Shown here: positions 27,424 through 37,587 of the stretch, in pieces
How positions within the stretch are numbered: the first letter of the stretch is position 1
How the letters are laid out: each line of letters begins with the position of its first letter
Source of the DNA: a virus
DNA: 64,000 nucleotides
Virus record (IMG/VR): IMGVR_UViG_3300034101_004323
Span: 1-64,000 of that record
Reading direction: 5' to 3' (one strand)
The notes under the pieces: model-generated
The model's database searches: none
Told to the model about the DNA's origin: nothing
Seen by the model: only the letters and a program-made list of their open reading frames with translations
Position numbers and translations under genes: made by a program

Positions 27424-29032
27424 ATGGTCATTTGATTGTGGATGTTGTTTTGATATAATAGGATCATCTGGAGATAAACATAAGCTTGTCTTCTCTCCCA
27501 AGATAGAATCTATAAACTTATCATGCTCAAAAACATGGGAACTAATTTCTTCTGGCAACACAAAAGGCTGTTTTCAGTTAGAATCTAGGCTTGGGCAAAT
27601 GATGGCAAAAAAGCTTAAGCCTGAAAATATAGAACAATTATCTGGTCTGATTAGTATTTTAAGACCAGGGTGCTTGGAAGCAATTAGAGAAGGTAAAAGC
27701 GTAACCAATCACTATATAGACAAAAAGAATGGATTAGAGTCTATAAATTATTTTCATGAATCATTAGAGAGATCTCTCAGTACAACATACGGAGAGATGA
27801 TATATCAAGAACAAGCCATGTCAATAGCAAAAGATTTGGCTGGATTTGATCTACAAGAAGCTGATTCTTTAAGAAAAGCCATTGGTAAGAAAAAACCTGA
27901 AGAAATGGCTAAAGTTAAACAGAAATTTTTAGACGGAGCAAAAAAACTAGGCGTTGTAAATATACAAGAAGCAGAAGAGATCTTTGGATGGATAGAAAAA
28001 AGTCAAAGATATTCATTTAATAAATCTCACGGAATATCCTATGCTATGAACGCATACCTATCGGCTTATGCAAAAGCTCATTTTCCAGAAGCATTTTTTG
28101 TATCTTATTTAAAATTTGCAAAAGATAAAATAGATCCACAGCAAGAAATAAAAGAGTTAATAAAGAATGCTAATGAAATGGATATCCTGGTTTGCCTTCC
28201 AGATTTAAGACTGAAAAATCCAAATTTTGGCATTTTTAATAACAAGATTTATTTTGGTTTAACAGATATAAAAGGAGTTGGAGATTCTGTCTTCAGTAAG
28301 ATCACTGATATCTGTATAAATATTGATCTTTATAATCTTGGATGGATGGATTTATTATTAAAGCTATTACTTAATATTAATTCGACAGCTGCAAAAGCTC
28401 TTATTTCTAGTGGAGCTATAGATTATGTATCAAAAAATAGAACAGAAATGTTATTTGAGTTCGAAATTATTAGTTCATTAACTAAAAAAGAAATAGAATA
28501 TGCTAGTATGGTTACTCAAACAACAACATCTACTAAAGACATGTTAACCTATTTACTTAACCATAATAAGGTTAATGTAAAACGAAAACAGATAATACAA
28601 AGTTTATTACAGAGTGTTAATAAGCCACCTTATTCTTTAATAGATAAGATAGAATGGCTTGCTGATACTGAAGCTTCTTTGCTCGGAACTGCTATATCCT
28701 GTTCTAAGTTAGATAGTTATGATATAGAAATGACTAATGTAGACTGTAAAACATTTAAAACCAGTAATAATGCTGCTAATATTATTATCGCTGGGGAAAT
28801 TACTAATATTAATGTTGTAAAAACTAAAAAAGGAAAATTACCAGGACAAGAAATGTCTTTTGTTTCAATAGAGGATCAAACAGGGGCCTTAGATTCTGTT
28901 ATATTTTTTCCAGAAACATATGCTAAATATAAGCATTATTTATTTGAAAATAATATTCTTATTTTTATTGGAAATAAAAGCAAAACCAAAGACGGTCTGG
29001 TTGTAGATAAATGTTTCGTTCCCAAGTCTTGA
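27416..29032 (+). CDS. dnaE: DNA polymerase III alpha, C-terminal gene (fingers, HhH, OB fold)
   Basis: GCFQLES, RPG, YQEQ.M, AD.LRKAIGKKK, YSFNKSH, FGL..IKGVG, OB fold IAGEI...MSFVSIED. Confidence 0.93.
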   Translation: MPKWSFDCGCCFDIIGSSGDKHKLVFSPKIESINLSCSKTWELISSGNTKGCFQLESRLGQMMAKKLKPENIEQLSGLISILRPGCLEAIREGKSVTNHYIDKKNGLESINYFHESLERSLSTTYGEMIYQEQAMSIAKDLAGFDLQEADSLRKAIGKKKPEEMAKVKQKFLDGAKKLGVVNIQEAEEIFGWIEKSQRYSFNKSHGISYAMNAYLSAYAKAHFPEAFFVSYLKFAKDKIDPQQEIKELIKNANEMDILVCLPDLRLKNPNFGIFNNKIYFGLTDIKGVGDSVFSKITDICINIDLYNLGWMDLLLKLLLNINSTAAKALISSGAIDYVSKNRTEMLFEFEIISSLTKKEIEYASMVTQTTTSTKDMLTYLLNHNKVNVKRKQIIQSLLQSVNKPPYSLIDKIEWLADTEASLLGTAISCSKLDSYDIEMTNVDCKTFKTSNNAANIIIAGEITNINVVKTKKGKLPGQEMSFVSIEDQTGALDSVIFFPETYAKYKHYLFENNILIFIGNKSKTKDGLVVDKCFVPKS

Positions 29033-29057
29033 CATTTGAACGCGACCGGGCTATAAT
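29029..29057 (+). promoter_or_regulatory. Consensus sigma70 promoter for ssb
   Basis: TTGACA-17 nt-TATAAT, perfect consensus. Confidence 0.85.
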
Positions 29058-29102
29058 AGCTGCGTGGGTTGAATTTGTACTTTAATTTTGAGGAGATTTG
29101 AT

Positions 29103-29477
29103 ATGAATATCACTTTGTTAAAAGGTAATCTTGCTAGGGATCCAGATCTAAGAACAGTTTCTACTGGAGGAAAGCAAACTGCTGTTGTGAATTTTACAGT
29201 TGCTACTTCCAGAGAATATACTAAAGCTAATGGAGAAAAAGATAAGATTACTTCTTTTATCAATTGCGAAGCATGGGATAGTGGTGCTGAAGTAATTGCT
29301 TCTTCATTTAAGAAGGGCGATCTGGTTTTGATTGAAGGTTCTTTGAGAAATGATTCATGGGAAAAGGATGGAATTAAGCATAGTACTCTAAAGGTTAGAG
29401 TGAATAATTTTTCCAAGATCACTAAGCTTGCTAAGAATAACCAGTCTAATCAGTCCGAGGAAGTTGTTGCGTTCTAA
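29103..29477 (+). CDS. ssb: Single-stranded DNA-binding protein
   Basis: AGGAG SD; LKGNLARDPDLR, F.VAT, KKGDLVLIEGSL; acidic/Phe C-terminus. Confidence 0.95.
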   Translation: MNITLLKGNLARDPDLRTVSTGGKQTAVVNFTVATSREYTKANGEKDKITSFINCEAWDSGAEVIASSFKKGDLVLIEGSLRNDSWEKDGIKHSTLKVRVNNFSKITKLAKNNQSNQSEEVVAF

Positions 29478-29522
29478 TAATCTAATAAAATAATATAATA
29501 GGATTTTAAAGGTTAAAATATT

Positions 29523-29548
29523 AGGGGTTGCAAAACCCCTTTTATTTT
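29523..29548 (+). terminator. Rho-independent terminator after ssb
   Basis: AGGGGTT-GCAA-AACCCCT stem with GNRA loop, followed by TTTATTTT. Confidence 0.8.
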
Positions 29549-29565
29549 ACCTCTTATCATAAAAT

Positions 29566-31230
29566 ATGAAACAAAAATTAAAAGTATTAATGTGTTCTGA
29601 AGCTAGTTTTATTAATTCTGGTTTTGGTAATTATACAAGAGAATTATTAACAAGATTACACAATACTAATAAATATGAGATAGCAGAATTTGCTTCTTAT
29701 GGTATGGTTAATGATCCAAGAGATAAAAATATACATTGGAAATATTATGCTAATGCAGTAAGAGAAAATGATCCAAGAATGCAAGAATATGCTTCTAGAT
29801 CAGATAATCAATTTGGAAGATGGAGATTTGATAAGGTATTACTTGATTTTCGTCCAAATGTCGTGATTGATATTAGAGACTATTGGATGAATAATTATCA
29901 GTCTCAGTCCCCATTAAGACCATTTTTTAATTGGGTTTTAATGCCAACTGTTGATTCGGCACCACAACAAGAATCATGGATAGATACATTTTTACATGCT
30001 GATGCAGTATTTACCTATTCTGATTGGGGAGCAAAAATTATACAGCAACAGAGCAATAATAAGATTAATTATGTAGGCACAGCATCCCCAGGTGTTGATC
30101 TAGAAACCTTTTGTATGAAACCAGATAGAGATTCTATAAAAGCAAAATACGGATTACCACAAGATAGTTTTGTTATTGGTTCAGTTATGAGAAACCAAAA
30201 AAGAAAACTTATCCCCGAATTATTATTAGCTTTTAGACAATTATTAGATGAACTAGAAGCAGATGGCAGTCCATTAGCAACTAAAACATACCTATATCTT
30301 CATACGAGCTATCCTGATGCTGGATGGGATATTCCAGAACTATTAAGACAAAATAGATTACTCAATAAGGTTTATTTCACTTACCATTGCTCAAAATGTC
30401 AAGCAACCCATGCCTCAGTATATACTCATCCACTTAAAATCTGTAAAAACTGCCTTGAATCATCAAGCAGATTTACTTCTGTTACAAATGGAGTATCAAA
30501 TGAAACCTTATCTGATATATATAATATGTTAGATATTTATGTTCAATATGCTATTTGTGAAGGATTTGGTATGCCTCAAGTAGAGGCTGGTGCTTGTGGT
30601 GTTCCTATAGCAACGGTAAACTATAGTGCGATGGAAGACGTTATTCATAAATTAAATGCTCATCCTATTAAAATTAAATCTTATTTTAAAGAACTAGAGA
30701 CAAAAGCTATAAGAGTTTATCCAGACAATAATGATTTAGTAAAGTTTATCTTAAAGTTTATGAGACAAACTAAAAATAGACAACAAGAAAAAAGAAAAGA
30801 AACTAGAAAATTAACAGAGAAGCATTATAATTGGGATAATATTAGCAAAATATGGGAAAACTTCCTAGACTCAGAATCATTATTTAGTGCTAAAAGAAAT
30901 TGGGATGATCCTCCAAAGTATTTACAGCCAATTCAAGAAAATATGCAAACATTACCAAAAGATAATTTTATGTCCATATATTCTGTATGCGCTAATAATT
31001 TAGGAGATCCTTCTTTCTTTGGAACATCTTTATGTCTAGATATTTTAAGAGATGGAGACTATGGATTTACTCAAAATGGTATGAATTTTAATAGTACAGA
31101 TATCAATCAAGCATATAAACATTTACAAATAATTATAGATAATAATAATCAAGCAGAACATGCTAGATCATCTCACATGTTATTTAATGAAGATTTTATT
31201 GAATACTCACACATAAAAAGTAGCACATGA
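29566..31230 (+). CDS. GT4 glycosyltransferase with Cys4 insert
   Basis: SGFG, RNQKRK, EGFGMPQVE (intact Ex7E); CSKC...CKNC insert. Confidence 0.85.
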   Translation: MKQKLKVLMCSEASFINSGFGNYTRELLTRLHNTNKYEIAEFASYGMVNDPRDKNIHWKYYANAVRENDPRMQEYASRSDNQFGRWRFDKVLLDFRPNVVIDIRDYWMNNYQSQSPLRPFFNWVLMPTVDSAPQQESWIDTFLHADAVFTYSDWGAKIIQQQSNNKINYVGTASPGVDLETFCMKPDRDSIKAKYGLPQDSFVIGSVMRNQKRKLIPELLLAFRQLLDELEADGSPLATKTYLYLHTSYPDAGWDIPELLRQNRLLNKVYFTYHCSKCQATHASVYTHPLKICKNCLESSSRFTSVTNGVSNETLSDIYNMLDIYVQYAICEGFGMPQVEAGACGVPIATVNYSAMEDVIHKLNAHPIKIKSYFKELETKAIRVYPDNNDLVKFILKFMRQTKNRQQEKRKETRKLTEKHYNWDNISKIWENFLDSESLFSAKRNWDDPPKYLQPIQENMQTLPKDNFMSIYSVCANNLGDPSFFGTSLCLDILRDGDYGFTQNGMNFNSTDINQAYKHLQIIIDNNNQAEHARSSHMLFNEDFIEYSHIKSST

Positions 31231-32225
31231 AAATATTATATATAGGACCATATAGAAACGAATTGTCTATAGGACAAGCATCAAGGAATATCGTTTCATC
31301 ATTAGCAAAAGATAATGATCTGACAATTAGACATATCTATGTGCAAAACAATAACGACTATAGGATCAGTAATGATCTGTTAGTATTGGAACAAAAGGAT
31401 ATAGAATCATATTATGATACTATTATTCAGCATTCAACTCCTTATCTATTGGCAACATATAACAATTTAGATATTGCAAAGAAAAACATAGCAATACCGA
31501 TCATAAATAAAACGATTAACAAAAAACAGTATCAAAATGCATTGTCTAAATTTGATAATATTCTAACAGATGATCGAGTCATAGAGTCTATTCTAACAAA
31601 ATCATATGGGATAGATAATATTAAACTGTTTAATTATAATATAACTAACAATAATCTAAATAAGATAAATTTAGATATTCATAATCAAAACAAAAAATTC
31701 TATTTTATTGGATCATTCTATAATAATAAAAAAATAATAAAACTAATAATTAGTAGTTTCTATCTAGCATTTGGAGGAACCTCAGAAGTATCACTTATAT
31801 TATTTATCACAGATAATTCTGATTCGGTAAAACAAGAGCTACAGAAACTAATAAATGATCTAAAAAAAGAATTAAATATCTTAACTACGAATTACAATCA
31901 TAAAATTATTGTTAAAACACTTTCTGATGAGGAATCATTATCAGTACATAACAGTTGCGATATTTATATCTCTTTACATGACTCTGGAATAGAATCAAAT
32001 ATTCATAGAGCAATTGCAGAAAAATATAATAATACTATTATAGACGAATCTAATACCAATATGATATATGATATTGATCAAGGTTATGGTGATACATATT
32101 CTTTTGGAGAGTTAACGATGACAACTAATAATGCATCTCTATCTCAATCAATGATAAGTTCTATAGTAAATAAAACAACAAAAAACAATACCACAGAAAC
32201 CATAGATAAAATTTTATGTCCATAA
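31227..32225 (+). CDS. Degenerate GT-B-like protein
   Basis: MKILYIGPY, FYFIG, HNSCDIYISL; lacks Ex7E. Confidence 0.6.
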   Translation: MKILYIGPYRNELSIGQASRNIVSSLAKDNDLTIRHIYVQNNNDYRISNDLLVLEQKDIESYYDTIIQHSTPYLLATYNNLDIAKKNIAIPIINKTINKKQYQNALSKFDNILTDDRVIESILTKSYGIDNIKLFNYNITNNNLNKINLDIHNQNKKFYFIGSFYNNKKIIKLIISSFYLAFGGTSEVSLILFITDNSDSVKQELQKLINDLKKELNILTTNYNHKIIVKTLSDEESLSVHNSCDIYISLHDSGIESNIHRAIAEKYNNTIIDESNTNMIYDIDQGYGDTYSFGELTMTTNNASLSQSMISSIVNKTTKNNTTETIDKILCP

Positions 32226-33070
32226 ATTATCAAATACATAATATATTCCATAATATATTAACTAAACAAAAATATCCTAAGAATATTTTATATACATATA
32301 CAGAAAGCTTATTCGATAAAGCTATGGAAGATATTCCAGATACTATTATGATTAATAATCAGGTATTTTTGAATATTCCATTATCCTATGGACTATGCAT
32401 AATAAATGATCCTCTTGATTTTGCACAGAATATTGGAGCGTATAATAATTTATTTGCTAATAAAGTATTATTTTTTCATGATGGACCTCCACCATCCTTA
32501 AAAAAGGAAGATCTTTTTTTATTAAAAACATCATTACAAAAATTTCCTTCTTTTAGTTTTAGTTTAAATCATGAACAATGGATGAACCAGTCCATCCAAT
32601 CTCTAAATTATGGTATCAAGAATATAGATATAGATATTAATAAAGAAAAAGATATAGTTATATTATCTACTAAAAACCATAAACAAACAAAATTAATATA
32701 CGATAATCTCAAACAGGCTTATCCAAATACAGATCTGTTAACTATTAATAGTAATCAGTCTTATGAGGATATAATAAAGATAATATCTAAATATAAAATA
32801 TGTATAGATCTAGGATCATACTATAATGTCCTGTGCGGTGTTTCTGTTGGTTGCTATGGTATAACAACTAAGAAATCGTATCAAGATGATTATATTTATC
32901 AGATATCAGATTATCAACAATTAATAGGTATTGTTAAAGATATTCTATCATCACCTATTAACATTAATGATATGAGAAAATATATAGAAGATAAGTATTG
33001 TTATGAGTCTTTTATTCAAAAAATAAGCAATATAATAACTAATTATTCAGCAAAGGCCGTACTATTATGA
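32216..33070 (+). CDS. Hypothetical, possibly degenerate GT-B-like protein
   Basis: C-terminal ISKYKICID...RKYIEDKY..E.F pattern. Confidence 0.5.
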   Translation: MSINYQIHNIFHNILTKQKYPKNILYTYTESLFDKAMEDIPDTIMINNQVFLNIPLSYGLCIINDPLDFAQNIGAYNNLFANKVLFFHDGPPPSLKKEDLFLLKTSLQKFPSFSFSLNHEQWMNQSIQSLNYGIKNIDIDINKEKDIVILSTKNHKQTKLIYDNLKQAYPNTDLLTINSNQSYEDIIKIISKYKICIDLGSYYNVLCGVSVGCYGITTKKSYQDDYIYQISDYQQLIGIVKDILSSPININDMRKYIEDKYCYESFIQKISNIITNYSAKAVLL

Positions 33071-33495
33071 GTAAAAATATTAATATAGTTCTACAGAATA
33101 TGAACGTCGATCTGGTTGGTTTTGAAAATGTTGTTATTGATCAAATAGCTTCGGTATATAGTTTTTCTTGTGATATTATCAATTGTTCTATTGCTAGTTT
33201 TTTTGAACATTCAAAATTTTGGATGATCATGGAAATTTTAATAGATAAATTAAAACCGGGTGGACAACTAGCAATATCAATATACGACACTCAAAGAATT
33301 GCTGCTCTATATACAAATAACCAAATTCAAAGTTCAGATTATCTAGGACTAATGAAAAATATTAATAATTGTATATCTCTATCTGATTTTATGGAATTTT
33401 CATCAAATAAAAAAGATATAGTAATAGCAGATATCAAGAAAGATCAATTAATAACCAATATTACAATTATCAAGAATCAAATAACAAATGGCTAA
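33067..33495 (+). CDS. Hypothetical, methyltransferase-like remnant
   Basis: KLKPGGQLAI motif, no glycine-rich SAM motif. Confidence 0.5.
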   Translation: MSKNINIVLQNMNVDLVGFENVVIDQIASVYSFSCDIINCSIASFFEHSKFWMIMEILIDKLKPGGQLAISIYDTQRIAALYTNNQIQSSDYLGLMKNINNCISLSDFMEFSSNKKDIVIADIKKDQLITNITIIKNQITNG

Positions 33496-34240
33496 TACAT
33501 ATTGCAAGGGTTGCGCATTCTCTAAGACTAATATAGCGATAGAAGAAGCTTGTGAATTTGATATTCCATATCATGTAAAAGATATAAAAAATATCTTAAT
33601 TAAAGATGATTCTTACTATATAGAGAATTATAAGTGTAAATATGCTTTTTCAAATCAGATATTAATAGAGAATAATATTAATAAAAATGATATAAAAGAA
33701 AAGCTTGTATTGGGATCTCATATAGCATATTATCTAATCATTAATGCTAGGCATTTATCTAAAATAGAGGATTTTATATATATAGCTGAACAAATCAACT
33801 CAATGGATATTCAGCCAAAATTAGTATCAATACTTATTGATATAAATAATACCAACAATAAAACTATTTTTGAGACACTGCATAATAATATAAAAAAAGA
33901 TATAAGATGGAAGTTACATGCTTTTTTAAATGACGTATCTTTTAACGAAGCAGCAAATATTGCGGCAGAAACAAATATACAAACCAGCGAATCAGCGCTT
34001 TTATATTTTTGGGATAGTTCTGTTTCTGATTTTAGTATAACAAATAATAGAATTAATCATATATTTTTTGTTAGAAATATTCAACAAAATAACATATTTG
34101 GATTCAGATCATCAGAATTTGATGGAATGTGCTTACCGATATCATTATATAAATCTATCATTACTCTAGTAGATAGAGACATATTAAAAGCTTTATCTTC
34201 TATAACCGATTTTTCATTAGAGACATATGAACAAGAATAA
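33488..34240 (+). CDS. Hypothetical protein with N-terminal CxxC...C...C
   Basis: CKGCAF...C...C. Confidence 0.6.
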   Translation: MANTYCKGCAFSKTNIAIEEACEFDIPYHVKDIKNILIKDDSYYIENYKCKYAFSNQILIENNINKNDIKEKLVLGSHIAYYLIINARHLSKIEDFIYIAEQINSMDIQPKLVSILIDINNTNNKTIFETLHNNIKKDIRWKLHAFLNDVSFNEAANIAAETNIQTSESALLYFWDSSVSDFSITNNRINHIFFVRNIQQNNIFGFRSSEFDGMCLPISLYKSIITLVDRDILKALSSITDFSLETYEQE

Positions 34241-34937
34241 GCAACCATTATCTGCTATAATTTTAGCATCAGAAATAACAAAAGGAATGAAATCTATTGG
34301 ATCAAAAGCTCTATTGCCGATATCTGGATCAATAACAATAATAGATTATCAGATACAGTCTTTAAAGAGATTCTATAGTCCAATAGACATATACATATGT
34401 ACTGGATTTGATCATGATAAAATTGTAAAAAAAACACAGAAGTATAAAGATATAAAATATATCTATAATAAAAATTATATTAAACACAATCAAATGGATT
34501 CTTTACTTTTGTGTTTGGATAGATATAAACTCAATCATGCATTAATAATCAATAATGGAGTATTAATTTCTGAAAAAATTCATTTAGACACTAATACAGA
34601 AATTTTTACTATAAACTCTCCTAAAAAAACAGACTTTAGTATTGGATGCAATATTTCAAATTTATACACAAACTATCTGTTTTATGATCTGCCTCATAAA
34701 TGGGTAGAATGTGTTTTTATAAATAATGATGCTATACAAGCTTTATTGGAGTATTCAAAAATTAAGGATATTTCTAAATTATTTTTATTTGAAGGATTAA
34801 ACATTTTATCTGAAAATATTCATCCTTTGAAAACCAAAGAAATACATAAGACAGCCGCTATAAAAATTAATACGATCAAAGACTTATCGAAAGCTAAAAA
34901 ATATTATGAAAAATATATTTGTTCAAAACACGTATAA
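34227..34937 (+). CDS. Nucleotidyltransferase-fold protein (LicC/NTP-transferase-like), degenerate signature
   Basis: AIILASEITKGMKSIGSKALL, IIDYQI, ICTGF, YN.NY...N. Confidence 0.7.
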   Translation: MNKNKQPLSAIILASEITKGMKSIGSKALLPISGSITIIDYQIQSLKRFYSPIDIYICTGFDHDKIVKKTQKYKDIKYIYNKNYIKHNQMDSLLLCLDRYKLNHALIINNGVLISEKIHLDTNTEIFTINSPKKTDFSIGCNISNLYTNYLFYDLPHKWVECVFINNDAIQALLEYSKIKDISKLFLFEGLNILSENIHPLKTKEIHKTAAIKINTIKDLSKAKKYYEKYICSKHV

Positions 34938-35616
34938 CAAACTAATAAATAATTTACATTATATTAATCTTCCAGATATCAAATTTTATTTTGATAATGT
35001 AAACAATAATTTATATAAATTATATTACAGTCTAAAATTATCTGATTGTATTTTTTCTTCATCTTCTATGAATGATGAAATCGTATCATTTATTAATGAT
35101 AATACTAATAATTCAAATATTAAAATTTATATTTATCATGATATGTATAATGAACATCTAATTAATATTATGCCTAAATGTTATCATATTATAGATGAGG
35201 ATAATTATACTAATAATGGAATTAAATTTCCTAAAAACATTATAAATACTGATATTTACAAGATTAATCCTAATATCGTTAAAAAAGATCGTATAGTTTT
35301 ATTCTTAGAAAAAGAAACAGACATATCAGACTCTGTAAAAAATAAACTATATCCAAATGAGACAAAAATATTAATGTTTAATAATGGTAATATTCCTCAT
35401 GACCAGAATATTGGATTTTTATCTGAAATAACCAGATCCGAAATTTTACAAGAATCTCGTTTCTTTGCTTGTAACAATAACTATTATGCAATAGAAGCGG
35501 GACTATGTGGATGTGAAATACTTGATATGAATAATCTCGATAACAATATAACAAAAAATTATGAATTTTCAAGCTATATAAACTATAATGAATATTTAGG
35601 AAAAATCTTAATATGA
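34906..35616 (+). CDS. Hypothetical, GT-B-like remnant
   Basis: NIGFLSE...IL...YAIEAGLCGC. Confidence 0.5.
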   Translation: MKNIFVQNTYNKLINNLHYINLPDIKFYFDNVNNNLYKLYYSLKLSDCIFSSSSMNDEIVSFINDNTNNSNIKIYIYHDMYNEHLINIMPKCYHIIDEDNYTNNGIKFPKNIINTDIYKINPNIVKKDRIVLFLEKETDISDSVKNKLYPNETKILMFNNGNIPHDQNIGFLSEITRSEILQESRFFACNNNYYAIEAGLCGCEILDMNNLDNNITKNYEFSSYINYNEYLGKILI

Positions 35617-36077
35617 AACAGAATAAAGATCTCGGTTTTCTGATACCTGTATTAGATAATACTCAGTCATCAAATATTATATGCAATACAATATCACGTC
35701 TAATACAATCAAGACCAAAACAACAAATATGTATTTTCAATAGTTATTCTGAAAGAATTGACACAAAGAACATTCCTGTTACTCATATTAATCAGGCTAA
35801 ATTTTTTGATGGTAATTTAATAGTATTTGATTTACATTGTTTACAGCTATCTAATCTTTTTCCTCTTATACATGAAGTATATTATTATGCTCAAAACATT
35901 CCTTGGTCAAATGGTCAGAATCATTATGCTCAGTGGAAAGAGTTATTCGATAGGAAAAATTTAAAGATTATCTCTGCCAATAAACATATACATGATATAT
36001 ATAACATCGTATGGTCAAATTCAATAGGTATTTCGGAGACTTTTAACTATGAAACAGTCAACAAATTTATACTCTAA
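35613..36077 (+). CDS. Hypothetical protein
   Basis: 154-aa ORF, ATGA-coupled. Confidence 0.6.
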   Translation: MKQNKDLGFLIPVLDNTQSSNIICNTISRLIQSRPKQQICIFNSYSERIDTKNIPVTHINQAKFFDGNLIVFDLHCLQLSNLFPLIHEVYYYAQNIPWSNGQNHYAQWKELFDRKNLKIISANKHIHDIYNIVWSNSIGISETFNYETVNKFIL

Positions 36078-36855
36078 TTTAGATGATAATCAAAAATATA
36101 AAATATTACAAGAAATGTATGTTGAAAAAAAAATGAGTTTTGCAGATATTGCTCATGAGTATGATACTTACGCCAATAAAATTAGAAGAGACGCTGTATC
36201 TTTAAAAATAAAAATAAGAGATAAATCAGAAGCTCAAAAGAATGCCTTGGTAACAGGAAAACATAAACATCCGACTAAAGGAACTACAAGGTCGGAAGAC
36301 ACAAAAAATAAAATAGGAAAAGGAGTAATGGACTCATGGGACAATCTAACAGAGTCTGAAATTTCTGATAGAAGGAAAAAAGCAAAAGATAATTGGGAAA
36401 GTTTATCTCAGGACGAAAAGCAACAAATGCTTAAACTAGCAAACGCTGCTGTTAGAGAAACTAGTAAGGTTGGATCAAAACTAGAAAAATATATCCTATT
36501 AAATCTTATTAAAGATGGATATAAAGTAGAATTTCATAAAGAACAAACTTTACTAAATACAAAGTTGCAGATAGACCTATTTGTTCCTAGTATTGATACA
36601 GCCATTGAAATAGATGGGCCATCTCATTTTAGGCCAGTTTGGGGTGACGAAGCATTAAAAAGGAATATTTCTTATGATAACAAAAAAGAAGGACTAATTA
36701 TTGGAAAAGGATGGAAATTGGTAAGAATAAAACAAACTAAAGATTTTTCAAAAAGTAGAGCTAATTTTATCTATAAACAATTAATAGATACATTAGCCGA
36801 AATCAAATTAAATACAGGATCAGGCACAAACACTTTTAATATACAGGACACATGA
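36049..36855 (+). CDS. HTH + NUMOD3 + DUF559/Vsr-type endonuclease (homing-endonuclease-like)
   Basis: MSFADIA.EY HTH; KGTTRSEDTKNKIG (NUMOD3); IDLFVP...IEIDGPSH. Confidence 0.75.
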   Translation: MKQSTNLYSNLDDNQKYKILQEMYVEKKMSFADIAHEYDTYANKIRRDAVSLKIKIRDKSEAQKNALVTGKHKHPTKGTTRSEDTKNKIGKGVMDSWDNLTESEISDRRKKAKDNWESLSQDEKQQMLKLANAAVRETSKVGSKLEKYILLNLIKDGYKVEFHKEQTLLNTKLQIDLFVPSIDTAIEIDGPSHFRPVWGDEALKRNISYDNKKEGLIIGKGWKLVRIKQTKDFSKSRANFIYKQLIDTLAEIKLNTGSGTNTFNIQDT

Positions 36856-36858
36856 GCA

Positions 36859-37584
36859 ATGATGAGTAAAATTAAAAAAGACGCTGTAGAAGTCAAGCCA
36901 GAGGCCCAGGAAACGATTAAGATTCCATCTCACAACGACTTAGAATGGACGGACTATGTTCTTGGTTTATTGTCTGAAGACGAAAAAATTAAGGGTAATC
37001 CAACAACAGATGGTTTAAGAAGAATTTTTGAAATTGCCTTAAAATGCACAGTTATTCATTCTGATACAGATGTTGTTCAATCTCCTTCTCCAGATAATGA
37101 AAAACGAGCAACTGTTACACACAAATTAACATATGTTTTGAACGATAACAATCTTCCATCAGAACTATTAATTAGGTCAACAACAGGAGCAGCAGACGTT
37201 TATTGGGGAAATTGTGATAAAATCTATAGAAATCATCCAGTTGCTGTTGCGGAAACTAGGGCAGAAGGAAGGGCTCTTAGAAGAGCTTTGAAATTAAGAA
37301 AGGTAGTTGCTGCTGAAGAATTAACACAAGAGACAGAAGATCATCCTGATGCTAATTCGGTTAATAAAATTACCAATAATCAGATAAATTTTATTGACGT
37401 TATTGCTCAAAGGCTTAATATAAACATAAGCAAATTGTTGAAGCAGCAGTCTATTGATGTTAAAAATATCTATGGTCTTGCTCATCAAGATGCTGTTGAT
37501 ATAATCAGATTATTATCTAAATATCAGCAAACCGTTGGTGAAATACCAGAAGATATTATAGGCTACAATAACGAATGGAAATAA
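36859..37584 (+). CDS. Putative single-strand annealing protein (Rad52/ERF/Sak-like)
   Basis: AETRAEGRALRRAL...AAEEL core; ITNNQINFI...A.DII..L C-terminal module. Confidence 0.55.
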   Translation: MMSKIKKDAVEVKPEAQETIKIPSHNDLEWTDYVLGLLSEDEKIKGNPTTDGLRRIFEIALKCTVIHSDTDVVQSPSPDNEKRATVTHKLTYVLNDNNLPSELLIRSTTGAADVYWGNCDKIYRNHPVAVAETRAEGRALRRALKLRKVVAAEELTQETEDHPDANSVNKITNNQINFIDVIAQRLNINISKLLKQQSIDVKNIYGLAHQDAVDIIRLLSKYQQTVGEIPEDIIGYNNEWK

Positions 37585-37587
37585 TTT

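Noticed and set aside
26500-27560. Split intein or self-splicing intron joining the dnaE halves
   Set aside because: No intein terminal motifs; the intervening DNA is fully occupied by two tightly packed ORFs with no room for a ribozyme core.
36565-36593. Internal sigma70-like promoter TTGCAG-17-TAGTAT (similar case at 19357-19384)
   Set aside because: Such matches arise readily by chance in AT-rich coding DNA.
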